From NCBI GenBank assembly GCA_001938485.1, contig MQRK01231233.1, forward strand, positions 40,534 through 95,388: 54,855 nt of DNA, given 5' to 3'. A model generated the notes under the pieces. It made no database searches. It was not told the origin of the DNA and worked only from the letters and a program-made list of their open reading frames with translations. Shown piece by piece: positions 1 through 16,128 of the stretch. Position 1 is the stretch's first letter, and each line of letters begins with the position of its first letter. The position numbers and the translations under genes are program-made. Origin of the DNA: Girardia tigrina. Lineage: Eukaryota.

Positions 1-1400
1 TAATATTTGGTGTGTTTTTAATTAAACTTAATTCAATCACATTTACTCTAGCGCCGGTGTCTAAAAGACAGTGTACTTCTCTATCTTTAATGTAACAATC
101 TATACTTGGTCCTACCGTCCTGTTCGTCATATTTAATGTTAAGTTTTGTTATTTTTAAAATTTCTTCATTCTTCGTTTTGTTTCTTTTTTCTTCCATTTT
201 ACTACTAAAACAGTTTCCTTCACATTCGTCTTTCCAAAAATCTAATTTACAAACTTCGAGGGGGTTATTTCCAGTCATACAATTACATATACAATCACTC
301 ACACATTCACATACCCAATCGCACACACCATCATACTTATTTTTATCACTTAATGAAGCACACTGATCACCTCTCCTTGCGGTCGTGCCTCCTCGTTTCC
401 CTGATCCTTTTCATACATTTGTCTCTTATCTGCGAAGACCCTTTTTGTTACCTTCCCTTGATTTGATCTAGTCTCTTCGTATTCTCTATCGTCATTGCAT
501 TCATCAATTTCCGCAACTGGGTATTGACGATTTTGAGGTCTATTACGGTATCCTGCAATTTTTTCTTTCTTCAAATCGCTGTTTCTACTGTACTCTTCTC
601 TTTCATTAAATCTATTCTTATTGAGATAACATTGAGTTATATTTTCTGTTGCAGTGAGTACACTTCACATTTGGGCAATCTCTTCTTATGTGGTCTTCTT
701 CTTGACATGCATAACATTTTATAGTTCTGTAATAATTATTTTTCGGTTTGAATCCATTATTTCCTTGGTTCCTATTATTGTGTTCGTATTGTCTATGCGA
801 GGTTTTTTCGTTATGTACAGCTTTGCGTCTAGTTACGGTATTCCAATTATCCTGTTTATTTACCGTCGTACATGCTGCCAATATTTCCTCACTTTCCATT
901 TTACGTAGTTCGTACATATTGGTAACTACGCTTTTTATATCTTTGGTTTCATTTGTTCCTCTCAGTTTTAATTCTTTTTTGATTTCATATTTGTCAACCA
1001 TATTTAAACAGGCAAGGTTGAGTACTTCTTTTTTAGATAATTTTTCTTTTGTTAGTATATTCACAATTTCCTCTGCTTTTTGTATGTTTCTTCTGGGTTG
1101 GAGGATCCCTACGTAAGTTTAACTACTCCTTCATTGTATCCAGAATGGATTTTTCTTTAGTAAATGCAGCCTTCAATTTTTCTTTGTAATTTTTACCGTC
1201 CATCTCTGAATTTTTTTTATTACCGACGGTGTCATAAACACAGTCAGTATCACTATTTTCCTCTCTTCTGCTATACACCCATAATGTCGGAATAGTGTTC
1301 GAAATTATCAATAAAATCTTCCAAATCCGATTGTGATCCATTGAATTTTTCACATCCCATAATGTTCGTTGTCACATGAGCCGTGGTCGCCATATTAACA
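1..1400 (-). mobile_element. Ty3/gypsy gag remnant with zinc knuckles
   Basis: Broken ORFs containing CYACQEEDHIRRDC and CTHCNRK. A PBS-like TGGCGACCACGG lies at 1381-1392 on the minus strand. Confidence 0.7.
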
Positions 1401-2420
1401 ACATCACAATTTGAATGTAAACATTTATTGACAACACAAACAGATTCTTCAAAACAATTCTCAGAGAGCATCTTTCTTTGATTGATATAGTTTTAGATTT
1501 GTATTCAAATCTAAAGAAACAATGCATGGGAAATTTTTTAATATTAGCTTTTAATTTCTTATAATTTTATTAGATAAAAAGGCATTACGAAATTTTTTAA
1601 ATAAACATTAATTTTTAAAATATATTAAATTTAATAAGTTAAAATCGTTTACTAAAATATCATTAAAATTCATAATTATAAAACTTTAATTAATTAGTAC
1701 TTAAAATTAATTTCATTAGATTCAAATAATCAATCAAATAACATATCAATCTTATCTCAGTAGGAGAGTCACAAATCTAAACAGCATAAAAACAACAAAC
1801 TTATAACATTCCAAATTATCACTCACAATAATATAAACAAAAATTAAATCTAGTATAATCAAAACTCGAACAAATTTTTCACTTTTTTCCATATTTAGAA
1901 ATCATTTCGCTGATCTCTATTATTAAATAAATCTTTGATCGATTTATTTTAATAATAAATGTTTATTTTATTTTATTAATTCATTTATCCAATAAAATGT
2001 GTGTAGTTTAATGATTTAAAATGGATCTTCTTTTCACACATGAAATATGTAACCCGCAACTTTTCAGCCACTATCGTAATGTTGATATAATTTGTCATTT
2101 TATTTATTCAGTTATTTTGTTTTAATCAATATAAATAGTTCTCATTATTCGGTAAATTTGAAGAATGACTTTTGCAATTGTTTATTTGATACATTTAAAA
2201 GACATTCGAAATTTAATTAAAACGAATTTACCGACTGTCGTAAATTGCGACTGGAATTAAGACGGAAATTTTTCATCATATGTGATTTCACTTATAATCA
2301 AATGTTTTGATGAGTTTCATTTCTTGCAAAGTAACACCAATTTGACTTTTAACATTTTTATTATTACAAGTTTGATTGTCCTCAGGACAATCTTTGTTAA
2401 AGCTTTCCTAATTTTGCATC

Positions 2421-2603
2421 AGGGGCTGTCTATAAATTACGTCACGCGATTTTAGCAGATTTCAAACCTCCCCTCCCCCTCGTCACACTTTGTCACAGAC
2501 TTCTTTCACTAAATACTTCAGTATTTCGATTTGACATCACATTTCCCAAACCTCCCTCTCCCCCACGTCACACTTCGTCATAAAATTCTAACCCCCCTCC
2601 CCC
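2421..2603 (+). mobile_element. One end of a non-autonomous DNA transposon (PIF/Harbinger-like)
   Basis: Begins GGGGCTGTCTATAAATTACGTCACG, followed by repeated CCCCTCCCCC..GTCACA units. It is cut off by the LTR-like repeat at 2604. Confidence 0.55.
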
Positions 2604-2908
2604 TGTGAGAAAATGAAGAAATAAATAAATTCTTGAAGTGTTTACTTAATTCTTATTGGTTAAAAATTTAAATGAATATTATTTACTAAAAAATATTAAA
2701 TCAGTTTATTTATTTAAAAATTGCAAATAAAATTAATTAAATTATTTAAAATTTTACAATTATTTTAAATTAGATATAAATTTAAACATTAGATAATTTC
2801 AGATAATAAAAATTAAAATATTAATCATCCATCTGGTAGGAGAGACAATTCCAAATCAACGTACAACATTCAAATACAAAATATCAAACATTCAAAATAT
2901 TCCTCACA
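2604..2908. mobile_element. Solo LTR-like element, member of a dispersed family
   Basis: TGTGAG...CTCACA inverted termini, 305 bp. The right half recurs at about 1745-1827, 26160-26364, 32990-33092 and 42175-42240. Confidence 0.65.
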
Positions 2909-2913
2909 CAAAG

Positions 2914-3067
2914 AAAGAGGACAAACGTTTGCTAATAAAGACATTGAAGAATACAAAGAGACTGATACCATTGAGGCCTTTCAAAGTATTCCTTCTCGTT
3001 TAACAAGTCAGAATAGTCTGACATCTCGTACTTCTTCGATTTTCTTCTGCTACTCTCTGTGATTGCG
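2914..3067 (+). CDS. Possible upstream exon of the neuron navigator gene (Ser-rich; apparently frameshifted)
   Basis: Frame RGQTFANKDIEEYKETDTIEAFQSIPSRLTSQNSLTSRTSSI resembles the Ser-rich stretch before the NAV coiled coil. A good donor gtatgc at 3068 is in phase only if one T of the run near 3040 is removed. The 5' boundary abuts an LTR-like repeat. Confidence 0.4.
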
Positions 3068-3141
3068 TATGCTGTCAGATAAAACAATTATTATTTATTT
3101 TTTATGAATGCAATGATTAATATAATTTTTTAATTTCACAG

Positions 3142-3165
3142 ACAGAAGATAAGCAGACTCAAGAG
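3142..3165 (+). CDS. NAV: Neuron navigator micro-exon (24 nt, TEDKQTQE)
   Basis: cag acceptor and gtagg donor, phase 0. Matches the NAV 'ST(P/A)EEK..SE' segment that precedes IRKLRREL. Confidence 0.75.
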
Positions 3166-3219
3166 GTAGGTTATATAAGAATGATGGATTACTTGATCTA
3201 ATTATTTGATCCATTCCAG

Positions 3220-3294
3220 ATCAGGAAGTTGCGTCACGAGCTAGAAATGGCCCAACAGAAAGTAATAACTCTCTCCAGTCGACTCACGACTAAT
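3220..3294 (+). CDS. NAV: Neuron navigator exon (IRKLRHELEMAQQKVITLSSRLTTN), coiled coil
   Basis: ttccag acceptor and gtaagt donor. Closely matches NAV2 IRKLRRELDASQEKVSALTTQLTAN. Absent from the ORF track. Confidence 0.9.
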
Positions 3295-4054
3295 GTAAGT
3301 TTATTGTAAAATAATCTTTTGATACATTTATTTAGTCTCCTATAATTTCTTGCAAAAATTTTATCTTTTGAATGAAATTTTTCTCAGCAGAGATTTCTTA
3401 TGGGAATTTTGGATAAAATAAATTTACTAAATCTGGTTTCTATTTTTTTTAATTTAATTTGTTTAATACAGTAGAAAAAATGATGATGAGATTTTTCTTT
3501 TAATTAAAATTGTTATTTGAAAATTTAGAAATCAAATAAATATAAAATAACGACACGTCAGAATTTTCCAAGAGTATTTTGCACGATATTTTTATGAAAA
3601 TTAATATTTAATAAATAATTTTGAACGCAAATTTTTAATTATTAGTTGAAAAAGTAAAATTAATTAATATTCTTAAAATATATGAAAACACAAATTTTAG
3701 TGAGTGGTATAAAATTTTATTATTATAATAAAATAAAATAAATATTTATAATCTAAATTATTAGATAGACAGGCATGTTTTATGGTTGTGGCATCTTTAG
3801 AATAAGTACATAAAAATATTAATTAAAATATTGTGGGGGATATGTGAAAGTATTTGGTAATACTTTTATCTTTGGCTGATAATGAGATACGACATCTCCC
3901 GGAACAACAATAGCCACTTTTTCCATTCTTTTTATTAGCTTACTTTCTGTCCATGTATCCATGGAATTTAGAAACCTATTTTTTAAATGGCCTTCTACTC
4001 AATCGATTTTCACAATCTTCTATTGATCCCAATTTCTTATCACTCAGGAAATTT

Positions 4055-5077
4055 TAGAATGCGAGAAAAAGGTGGTAATCGCTTGGTACCAGGTCCGGAC
4101 TATATGGTGGATGCATTAAAACTTCTCCACCAAGCTTCGTGAGTTTCTGGCGAGTCACTACAGACGTATGTGATCTGGAGTTGTCGTGATGGAACACAAC
4201 ACATCCTCTGTTGGCCAATTCTCATCAATTGCTATCTTCAAACGGTCAAGTTGTTGACAGTACAGATCTGAATTTAGTGTTTGGCCATACAGAAGCAACT
4301 CATAATAAATGATTCCTTTGCAGTCCAACCAAATACACAGTAGAACCTTCCTGGCCGTTAGTCCTCGTTTGGCGACCGTTTGAGGTGCTTCACCGTGCTT
4401 TGACCACGATCGTTTTCGTACAATATTGTCGTATGTGACCCATTTCTCATCCCCAGTAACCATCCGTTTAAGAAATGGGTCTATTTCATTTCGTTTGGTC
4501 AAGACTTCGCAGATGGAAATTCGATCCATCATGTTTTTTGGTGTTAATTGGTGTGGAACCCAAAAATGAAGTTTCTTTTTGAATTCTGCTTTGCCCAAAT
4601 GGTTTAAAACCGTTTTGTGGTCGATCTTCAGCTCCTGTGCGATGCTACGACTACTAACATACCAGTCAACTTCGATCATTGCCGAGATTTTATCGACATT
4701 TTCAACGATAGGCCTGCATCTTTAACATCAAAAATGCCTCCACGGAATCGAAGAAACCAAAATTGCGTGTAATTAGCTGTTACAGTATTGGCACCATAAA
4801 CAACATTCACAATAACAGCCACATGGCTTGCATTTTCGCCTTTATGGAATAAAAACTGTAAAATGTACCGAATGTTTTCTTTGATGACTTCCATTTTAAC
4901 ACCCTGTAACTCAGAACTGAATAAAAAAAAGCAAAAAATTTTTTTGTGAAATTACTGTGAAATGTTACCTTGACAAAGAGCATAAATTTGAAATTGTTTG
5001 ACCGATAAATAATGAATTAAAATAATGGATTAAAATAATAGATTATAATAATGGATTACTTTTTCCCCAAACTATTA
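4055..5077 (-). mobile_element. Mariner (Mos1/SETMAR-like DD34D) element, frameshifted and 3'-truncated
   Basis: WVPHQL, VTGDEKWVTY and PPYSPDLVPSD motifs. A mariner-type TIR (AGTTTGGGGAAAAAGTAATCC on the minus strand) lies near 5053-5077. Confidence 0.92.
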
Positions 5078-5966
5078 TATTTATTAATAATATTCCTTCT
5101 CCATAAATCACGGCATAAATCAATCGTTTGTGAACAAATTTACAACATCAAAAGAAACCATAAAGTTCCTCGATTCAAGATTCGAAAGCAGATCAATAAA
5201 TTTAAAGCCATTCCGGCAAGAGAAATCAGACTGGAGTAAAGGTGTTTGTTTAAAAATCTAGATATTTCGCGTTGATCCAAAAATCAATGTAAAAACACCA
5301 TTCTCTTCTACTTGATAGAAAATAGTCTGAGGTTTTCGTGATTACGGAATAATTGCGTAATTTATCCTTCGATATTTATTATTTTGCAAAACATTTGATA
5401 GGGATCCATTATTTAAAGAGCATTTGAATCATTTCTATTTTTATTGCTTATATATGATTTTTTCATTGAAATGTTTTGTTTTCAAATACATCGAGCTAAT
5501 ACAGAATTCTCCTTATCCACAATGTCCCTTAAAAACTCGATGCTTCATATATTCGTCTCCCAACAAAAGGCTTCTTTTCTTTTTCTAAAAATATTCCCAT
5601 TTACCGTTAAACTGTTTCAACCCTTGAGTTCATGAGTCCTGTTTAAACAGGTTTGTAATTCTATTCAATAATATGTATTAAATTAGTTAATATTCAAATT
5701 TTAAAAGATTCCATTAAAAATGATTACTTTAGTCTTCCCTACTAATTTATTATCATATATATCTTGTTTAAGCTTTTCCTTTTGATTTTTAATGATATTT
5801 TTCAAATAAATTCATACGACAATGAAACTACAAAAATATTTCATTAACAAAGTCAATATTTGGACACTAAATATTTATTTTAGAAAAAAAGTAAAATGAA
5901 TCGCTATTTAAAATTACACATGAAACAAATCTTTAATCAACCGAACTAAAAGAAAATTTTTTTTAT

Positions 5967-7490
5967 TGGCTTTAGAATGTGATAATACTGAAAGTGGCAT
6001 AAACGCTACTTACATGGCGACCAACGCTACTTACATATATAAATATCAAGAAGGAGTCATGGAAACAGTAAAGATGAACATAAAGGCAGGTAAAAACAAA
6101 AACCTTGTGATTAAAGATGAGATAATAAAGACAAATAAAGGAAAGGTTTGGATACCAGAATCAAACAGAGAAGAAATGATTATGCAGGTACACACGTTGC
6201 TTTCTCATGTGGTGCGGAAAAAGTGACAAAATATATTGCAGAAAATTATGAAATGACCAACCAAAATGATATAATAAAGGAGGTAATAGGACGATGCGAA
6301 GCATGTCAAAAAGCAAAACCATAACGACGGCTACAAAAGAAAAACGAATAAAACTGGTCGCAAACGAGCCATTTGAGAAGTTATATATCGATATTTGTGG
6401 ACCACTAAAAGAGACATGGAGAAAGAAAAATTACATTGTCGCAATCATCGATCAATTCATTAGATATATTTCATTAAGAGCGGTTGGTAAACAAGACGAA
6501 ACAACCATAAAGAATACAATTATGACAAAATGGATTTTACGGTTTGGTGCTCCAAAAGAGATTCATACAGATTGTGGTAAAACATTCGAATCGAAGGCAA
6601 TAAAAGACATGGCTGAAAGCATGAGCATTAAAATGTGCTACTCAAGCCCTTACCATCAAAATACGAATGGAATAGTAGAAAGACAATTTCGGACAATTAG
6701 AGAATATTTAAATGCATCGCTACATACAAAGAAAGGATCAGACTGGGANNNNNNNNNNNNNNNNNNNNNNNNNNNNNNNNNNNNNNNNNNNNNNNNNNNN
6801 NNNNNNNNNNNNNNNNNNNNNNNNNNNNNNNNNNNNNNNNNNNNNNNNNNNNNNNNNNNNNNNNNNNNNNNNNNNNNNNNNNNNNNNNNNNNNNNNNNNN
6901 NNNNNNNNNNNNNNNNNNNNNNNNNNNNNNNNNNNNNNNNNNNNNNNNNNNNNNNNNNNNNNNNNNNNNNNNNNNNNNNNNNNNNNNNNNNNNNNNNNNN
7001 NNNNNNNNNNNNNNNNNNNNNNNNNNNNNNNNNNNNNNNNNNNNNNNNNNNNNNNNNNNNNNNNNNNNNNNNNNNNNNNNNNNNNNNNNNNNNNNNNNNN
7101 NNNNNNNNNNNNNNNNNNNNNNNNNNNNNNNNNNNNNNNNNNNNNNNNNNNNNNNNNNNNNNNNNNNNNNNNNNNNNNNNNNNNNNNNNNNNNNNNNNNN
7201 NNNNNNNNNNNNNNNNNNNNNNNNNNNNNNNNNNNNNNNNNNNNNNNNNNNNNNNNNNNNNNNNNNNNNNNNNNNNNNNNNNNNNNNNNNNNNNNNNNNN
7301 NNNNNNNNNNNNNNNNNNNNNNNNNNNNNNNNNNNNNNNNNNNNNNNNNNNNNNNNNNNNNNNNNNNNTAAATTAACAGGAAAATTTGTTTTAGAAATGT
7401 GAATTGTTATAGAAATAAATTTTTGGTGGTGTTAAATTATGGCTTTAGAATGTGATAATACTGAAAGTGGCATAAACGCTACTTACATAT
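5967..7490 (+). mobile_element. Gypsy integrase fragment between ~49-bp direct repeats, spanning an N gap
   Basis: HHCC remnant and rve core (LYIDICGP, IHTDCG, YHQNTNGIVERQFRT). Repeat at 5967-6015 and 7440-7488; TGGCGACCA follows the first copy. Confidence 0.8.
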
Positions 7491-8016
7491 GTAATTCCCG
7501 GAAATCTTATTTTTTTATATTCATGAACATGGACTTGTTAAATCGATTTTGTTCAAAAGACTTGTTTAAAGTAGAAAGCAATTTTAGTTGGTCCGTGGTT
7601 AAATAAACATCTCAACTATCAACGGTGTCCACACTTTTTCATGGAAAATAAATAGTATGGACACAGATCAAATTGTAAATGAGGCACGTCTTGGTAATGA
7701 GAAAAGATCTTGATTGATAAAGCAATTTTCATGACCATAAAAAACGAAAATTGGACAACAATATTCGTGACGAAATAGAAGATAAGTTTCCACGATCACT
7801 TTTAATTATAAGAATGTTTGCCGTTCATTTTATAAAGAACTGGAAACATTGCTATCCGTTATAAGACTTTCTTCCGCTGGATAAAAAAATTCGATTGATA
7901 GAGCATTTGTGAAAGTGGTTGATGTTTCGCTAGTATCGATAAAGTCATAAAATAGAGAGTCGATGCGTTGACATTTCTTCATTGACCCAAATTAGCGGGA
8001 TTTCGATGTCGATATT

Positions 8017-8091
8017 GGTGTTAATTGGTGTGGAACCCAAACATCAAGTTTCTTTTTGAATCCTGCTTTGCCCAAATTGTTTAAAACCGTT
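8017..8091 (-). mobile_element. Short mariner fragment
   Basis: Near-identical to about 4539-4612 (WVPHQLTP region). Confidence 0.8.
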
Positions 8092-9794
8092 AGTTTAAAC
8101 CTATAGAGGGAGAAGATGTGAATCAATGTGTGGTGTAAAATTATATGAAAATTGTGCAGATGTAAGTGTGTATATTTTCGATTGTCTGTTAATTGTAAAT
8201 GGAGTAATTGTAAAATTATTGTGAATATGGTGAATGTGTTTTTTGTCAGTGTGAAATGACAATTAAAAGTTCGATTTAAAAAATATTGTAAATCGTTTAA
8301 CTATGTATTTGTTTAAATGAATTGATTAATTAAAAAAGAAATATGGAGGTGATTAATTTTTGTGTCATTGTTTTAATAAATGAAATGTATAAAAAAGTTG
8401 GGATAATTTAAAAAACAAAGTAGAGTTGTATTTGGAATCCAGAGAAATAAGAATTAATAATTTTTGATTATTTTCAATTTCAAATATAAAAGGTAAAAGA
8501 GGAGAAAACGTTACTTAAATTTCGAAAATTTATCTAAATTTTATTGAAATATATGAATTTAGCGATGGTGGATTTCGAGAAAAATATAATGGTGATTCGA
8601 ATAAAAACAAAGTGCGTCAATTAATTATTAAAGGTTTTATGTTGATTCAATGTCTCGGTAATGGAGCGTTTAGTGGAGCGTAACAGAAATTATTAGAGAG
8701 AAAGTAAATTATGAGATAAAAATGTTTTATAAACAAGTCAACAATAGCAATATTAAATGCGGTTAATTCTCACTTCTTATTATATTATATTCTTATATTC
8801 GACATTTAACAATCTATCGAATTAGAATTTAGTGCTCGAGTTTATGGAGAACGGAGAACTGTTTAGTTTCTTGTGTATGTATCACCGTTGCAAGAAAGTA
8901 ACGGGTAAAGAATCATTCCTCCTTATGTGCTTCTACTCACATTAATAGTAAATTCTTTGAATTATTTTACTTCTAGAATGAGAACCAAAGTTTTCAAGAG
9001 TCTCTGGGCGAAGAAATACATAAATGATAACATAGTAATTCCTATTTATTGGAAGACTTCAATAATTGATTTATTTTTACTTTTCATAATAATAAATAAA
9101 AATTTAACTGAAAATTTTAAACCAGGATTGATTTACTATGAAAAATTAATTTGGTAAACAAATATTTTCAATGTTTATATTCATTACACTAAAGAAAAAC
9201 TGGAAATATTTTTAGACTGAAATCATTTTCAATATTAATTATTTTACAAGAAGTTTGACAATTATAAAATGAAACTATAAATGTATTTTATTGAAGAAAT
9301 ATATCGTTAAAATTTCCCAATAAAGAACAGAAGTAAAAAACTAAAAAATTGTCTATTCGAACGAAAATAAATAATTTGAAATTTATAAAATGAATAAAAG
9401 ATTTGATTATTTTTCTCTAATCTTTATTATTTGAAGAATAAATCGTTCACATAAGCAAGAAGATATGAAGACGATATTTTAGAAAATCAAAGTGTTATTT
9501 TTAGTAAATATAAACAAATGTCATTTCGACAATTTGGGATTGAGGTTGATTTTATTTGGGAAAGACAAGTACTTCAATTGTGGATTTCTGTAATCGTTTT
9601 GATACGGCGTGACTGAATCGTCGATCTGTTGAGATTGTTGACAAATTCGCTCCTGATTTTGTATATCTTATGTATAATTCTTTACATAGTCAGTAGAGGA
9701 AAAGGTTGAAAATGGTAACATAATAAAAATACAATATAATATATTTTAATATTATTTGAATAAATTCAATTTGTCTAATGGAATTTTTAATAAT

Positions 9795-10645
9795 AAAAAA
9801 CAATAAAGCAATTTTAATTTAAAATTTTTATTGGAAAACATGTTTCGCCACTTCTGTGACATCGTTAGTTCTGTAAAAAAAGTAAATCGCTGTTGTAGTT
9901 ATAGTCGGAAGACCATTGCGTTACCATGTCCTACATCAGAATACTCTAATATGATTGGACGAATCACTTTGCACGTTTAAACAAGGTTTATGAAACTTAA
10001 TTAACAGTGCTTCAGTAATAATCATTTCATAGTTACAGTCAAAATTACTAATAAAAACCCGAAAATCACTCTCATTTACTTCCTGTGAGTATCATAACAT
10101 TTTTTAATGTGATCTAAATTAGAACTTTTTCTACTTGATTGGGTATTCTCAGAAATTCTAGTACGGAGGTGACGATTTGTCTCTCCAATTTACAAGGATT
10201 CACACTAGTGACATTTAAACTGGTAGACTAAATTTGCTTTCATACTCAATTGTGTTATTGATTTATTGAAAAAGTAATCAGATATTTTGTTAGTGGGGAA
10301 AACCAATTTTGTTTTAACGCCTACTGGAGACTATTTTTCAAAAACTCTTAAAATCCTTTGATCCTTCAGAGTATGGAAATTTTAAGAAAAGTTTCTTTGT
10401 GTTAGTCTCTTCCTCAGAAGCATGTTATTAAACACAGCTTATTAAGTCACAGCTTGTTATTAAACTGGCAAATTGATTTTTCTAATCATATTAGAGTAGT
10501 CTGATGTAAGACATGGTGACGCAATAGTCTTTCGACTATAAATACAATAGCGATTTACTTTCTTACAGAACTGACGATGCCACAGATGTGGCGAAACATG
10601 TTTTCCAATGAAAATTTTAAATTAAAATGGCTTTATTGTTTTTAA
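9795..10645 (-). mobile_element. Penelope-like element 3' fragment with an inverted pseudo-LTR
   Basis: The minus strand encodes a decayed GIY-YIG segment (KANLVYQFKC..CES..IGETNRHLRTRISE). About 9795-9972 and 10468-10645 are inverted copies, each with a hammerhead-like core. Confidence 0.85.
10568..10605 (+). ncRNA. Minimal hammerhead ribozyme motif
   Basis: GAA-CTGACGA-T-GCCAC-agat-GTGGC-GAAA-CATG-TT-TTC. The inverted partner at about 9835-9872 has a mutated core (CTAACGA). Confidence 0.7.
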
Positions 10646-10647
10646 TA

Positions 10648-13235
<2,588 letters not shown>

Positions 13236-13492
13236 TATTATTATTTAATAATTTTAAAGTTAATTAATGAAAGTATGCTTTACATTGTGCATTTTTAATG
13301 TTAATTATTTGTAATTTTTGCCGCTCGTAATGTAAATTATGTCGATTATTAATGTTTTTTTGCTACATTATCCTGATAGTTTTTGAATATCCTGCATAAC
13401 TTTTTTATGAATTTACTATATTAGTTACCGTAGCACTTCCTGCAACTTAATATTTCCAAAAAAAATTATCCCAGTGCTACAACGAACTTTCA

Positions 13493-13777
13493 TACAACGA
13501 ACATCTCATTGAAAGGCCAAGATATTTCCAATGCAGACAATGATCGTTTGGAAATATTCCTACAAACGATCATTAACTTTCGATTTCTTGACGTTCTTTG
13601 ACACTGCCACAGGCAATAAGATTCTTTCGTTACTATTAGCCATTAAAAGTAATGTTATCATAAGAATCTTCCTTGTTTCAGTTACTTCCATAAATTAAGA
13701 AAGATTTAATAAATATTTCCAAACGATCATTGTCTGCATTGGAAATATCTTGGCCTTTCAATGTGATGTTCGTTGTA
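13493..13777. repeat. 66-bp near-perfect inverted repeat (foldback)
   Basis: 13493-13558 is the reverse complement of 13712-13777 with one mismatch. Confidence 0.9.
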
Positions 13778-14584
13778 GGAATGAGTGCCATGTTAATTAC
13801 TCCGCACGTTTTGTTTGCTTCTCAAAAATGCAACTCTTCTTATAAATCTATTTATTTAACAAACAATAAAATGTGATGACAATTTGAATTTTTCCGCGCG
13901 ATACAATCTGAATATTAAAACAAATACATTAAATAATTTTAATTAAAGTTGTCATACAAATAATTACATCAAAAGGGAGAGAACAACATATTGATCAAAT
14001 TTTAATCAACATACAATAATTGTTATATAAACCCATCACATAGATGACTAAAAAAAGCGTAAAAAGAGTTATAATTACTGAAAATATTCTCAATAAATTA
14101 AAATGCCTTTTTAATGACAAATCTCTTACTGAAAAAGCTGAAATAACTGATTAAGTTATCCCACCATAATTAGAAATATTAAAAGGGTTGTCGACTTTAA
14201 TGAAGAAACTAAATATTCAAAGTTGTACTTAAATGACAATTCTATGACCCAGATGGGATTTTTTCGAATATGTAGAGAATTGAAAGTAGCGTGATTAAAA
14301 TTAAAAAGAACAACATTATCAACTTATTTTAATTATTAACAAAGACATGATGTTCATGCTTAAATATGCGTATCAGTCATTAAATCATTATTATTTCTTG
14401 ATGAATATTGGTTCAATGTAATAATCGTAATAAATTATTTATTAATTACATCGTAGTAAATATTTAAACATAATAAAAATTTAGGAAATCAAAATATATA
14501 TGTATGAAATCATAATATGTAAATTATGAACACAAACCGGTCATTAAGATATCATATTCTGTTTAATTTAATTAGTGAATTTAA

Positions 14585-14798
14585 CCATCCAGTGTTAACA
14601 TTCCGTCTCTCAGACCGACACCCCACTTTTCTCATCAAATCATCGCGACACCTAAGTCGCTATGTTCTGCTATGCTTCTTTTTTACCAAAACGTACTTTA
14701 TGAATACAAAAAGTATGAACAAAGTAGCATTCTCTGAATTCGGTCTTACAGACGGATATTAGTACTAATGTAACAAAAATCGTGTTAGTACTGCAGGG
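14585..14798. mobile_element. piggyBac-type MITE
   Basis: TTAA|CCATCCAGTGTTAACA ... TGTTAGTACTGCAGGG|TTAA (imperfect TIR). Confidence 0.65.
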
Positions 14799-15876
14799 TT
14801 AAGAAGAGCGCCTATAGCATATATAGTTTTAAATTTGAGGTGCATTACTTCTTACAAATGACATGAATTTTGTTTAAGAAATCTTGCAGGAAATGATAAT
14901 TTTTGTTTTGTCTAAAAATCATTTATGCTAAAAATACTGTTTCATGTTCATGGAGGTTCAAAGCAGTAACAATTACTTAAACATTATTGCATTTCGGTGA
15001 TAGTCCGACAAATGTCAGACAGTTTAAAAAATTGCTGCGAGTGATTGTAATCTGTGCGATCTTTCCCGAAACAGTGAACCAATTGAACTGTATACATGGG
15101 TCTGTTAAATCACTCGTGAAAACTGATCCCCAAATACCATTTCATGAAATATCGGTAAAATCTGTGTATACTCAGTCGAGAATACGGAGATATTTGTATA
15201 ACATTGTAAGCATTCGTTGGTAATACAAAAACGCTAGTTGTTTTTTGTCTTTATCATTTGTAATATAGCAATTTTTATGTACGATTTTACGATATTTATA
15301 TCAATGAAAGTTAGCTTCAACAGCAGATTTTAATTAATTTTATTTTTCTTCATTTAATATTTTTATTAATTTATTGTTTTATTACTTTTTCTTAATATTA
15401 CAAATTGTTGACTCATTTGTGAGCCAGTACTTACCCAGTACTTGGTCAGTCAATTTTACCAATTTCGAAACTGGGTAGTTGGGTACTGTACATCAAGTAT
15501 GCTTTGACAAACAAGATTAGATAGGCAGAAAATTAACAGTTGCGTAATAGTTAGTTTTCAGTACTCAAAATTGTTGTAACACTGATAGCACTTATTTCTG
15601 CTGGGATAATTTACACTTATTTAATAGGATTATGACATTCCAAATACGTAAGAGATTAAATGAATAAAATTATGGGAGGAGAAAACGGAAAAATATCTAT
15701 TAGAACAGACTAAGTTACCTTATTAATGATCCTATTTTTTATCTTTTACAATTTTACCATGATTGTGATCAGTGATATTAGGTTAGTTTGAAAACACACT
15801 CTTACACGATATAAACATTATTTTTCAAATGTATCTGATTATTAATCTACATAGTTTTCGAATAAAATTCGTTTAA

Positions 15877-16128
15877 CCGTTTCAGGCCTACGGGGACGTT
15901 TAAATCTCAAGAGATTCCAACACAAGACTGAATTTTTCAAATGCGTTTACCAAGGGATTTATTCAGTCCATTCCGTCTTTTACTATTTCGATCACGCTAT
16001 GGTCATGCTGTAATCACACTATATACACATAGTCGCATATGTTATCAACAGATTGTTCCTCCGTTCAATACTATTCCACTTACTATTCCACTTTCTGATG
16101 TTTGTGGAAAAAAGTCGTCTTGAAACGG
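15877..16128. mobile_element. piggyBac-type MITE
   Basis: TTAA|CCGTTTCA ... TGAAACGG|TTAA. Confidence 0.7.

Noticed and set aside
6712-7376. Long ORFs of 219-360 aa
   Set aside because: Their length comes from reading through Ns.
13469-15606. Possible Harbinger-like element with TCCCAG...CTGGGA ends and TTA/TAA flanks
   Set aside because: The TIR match is only about 6 bp and no coding remnant was recognised.
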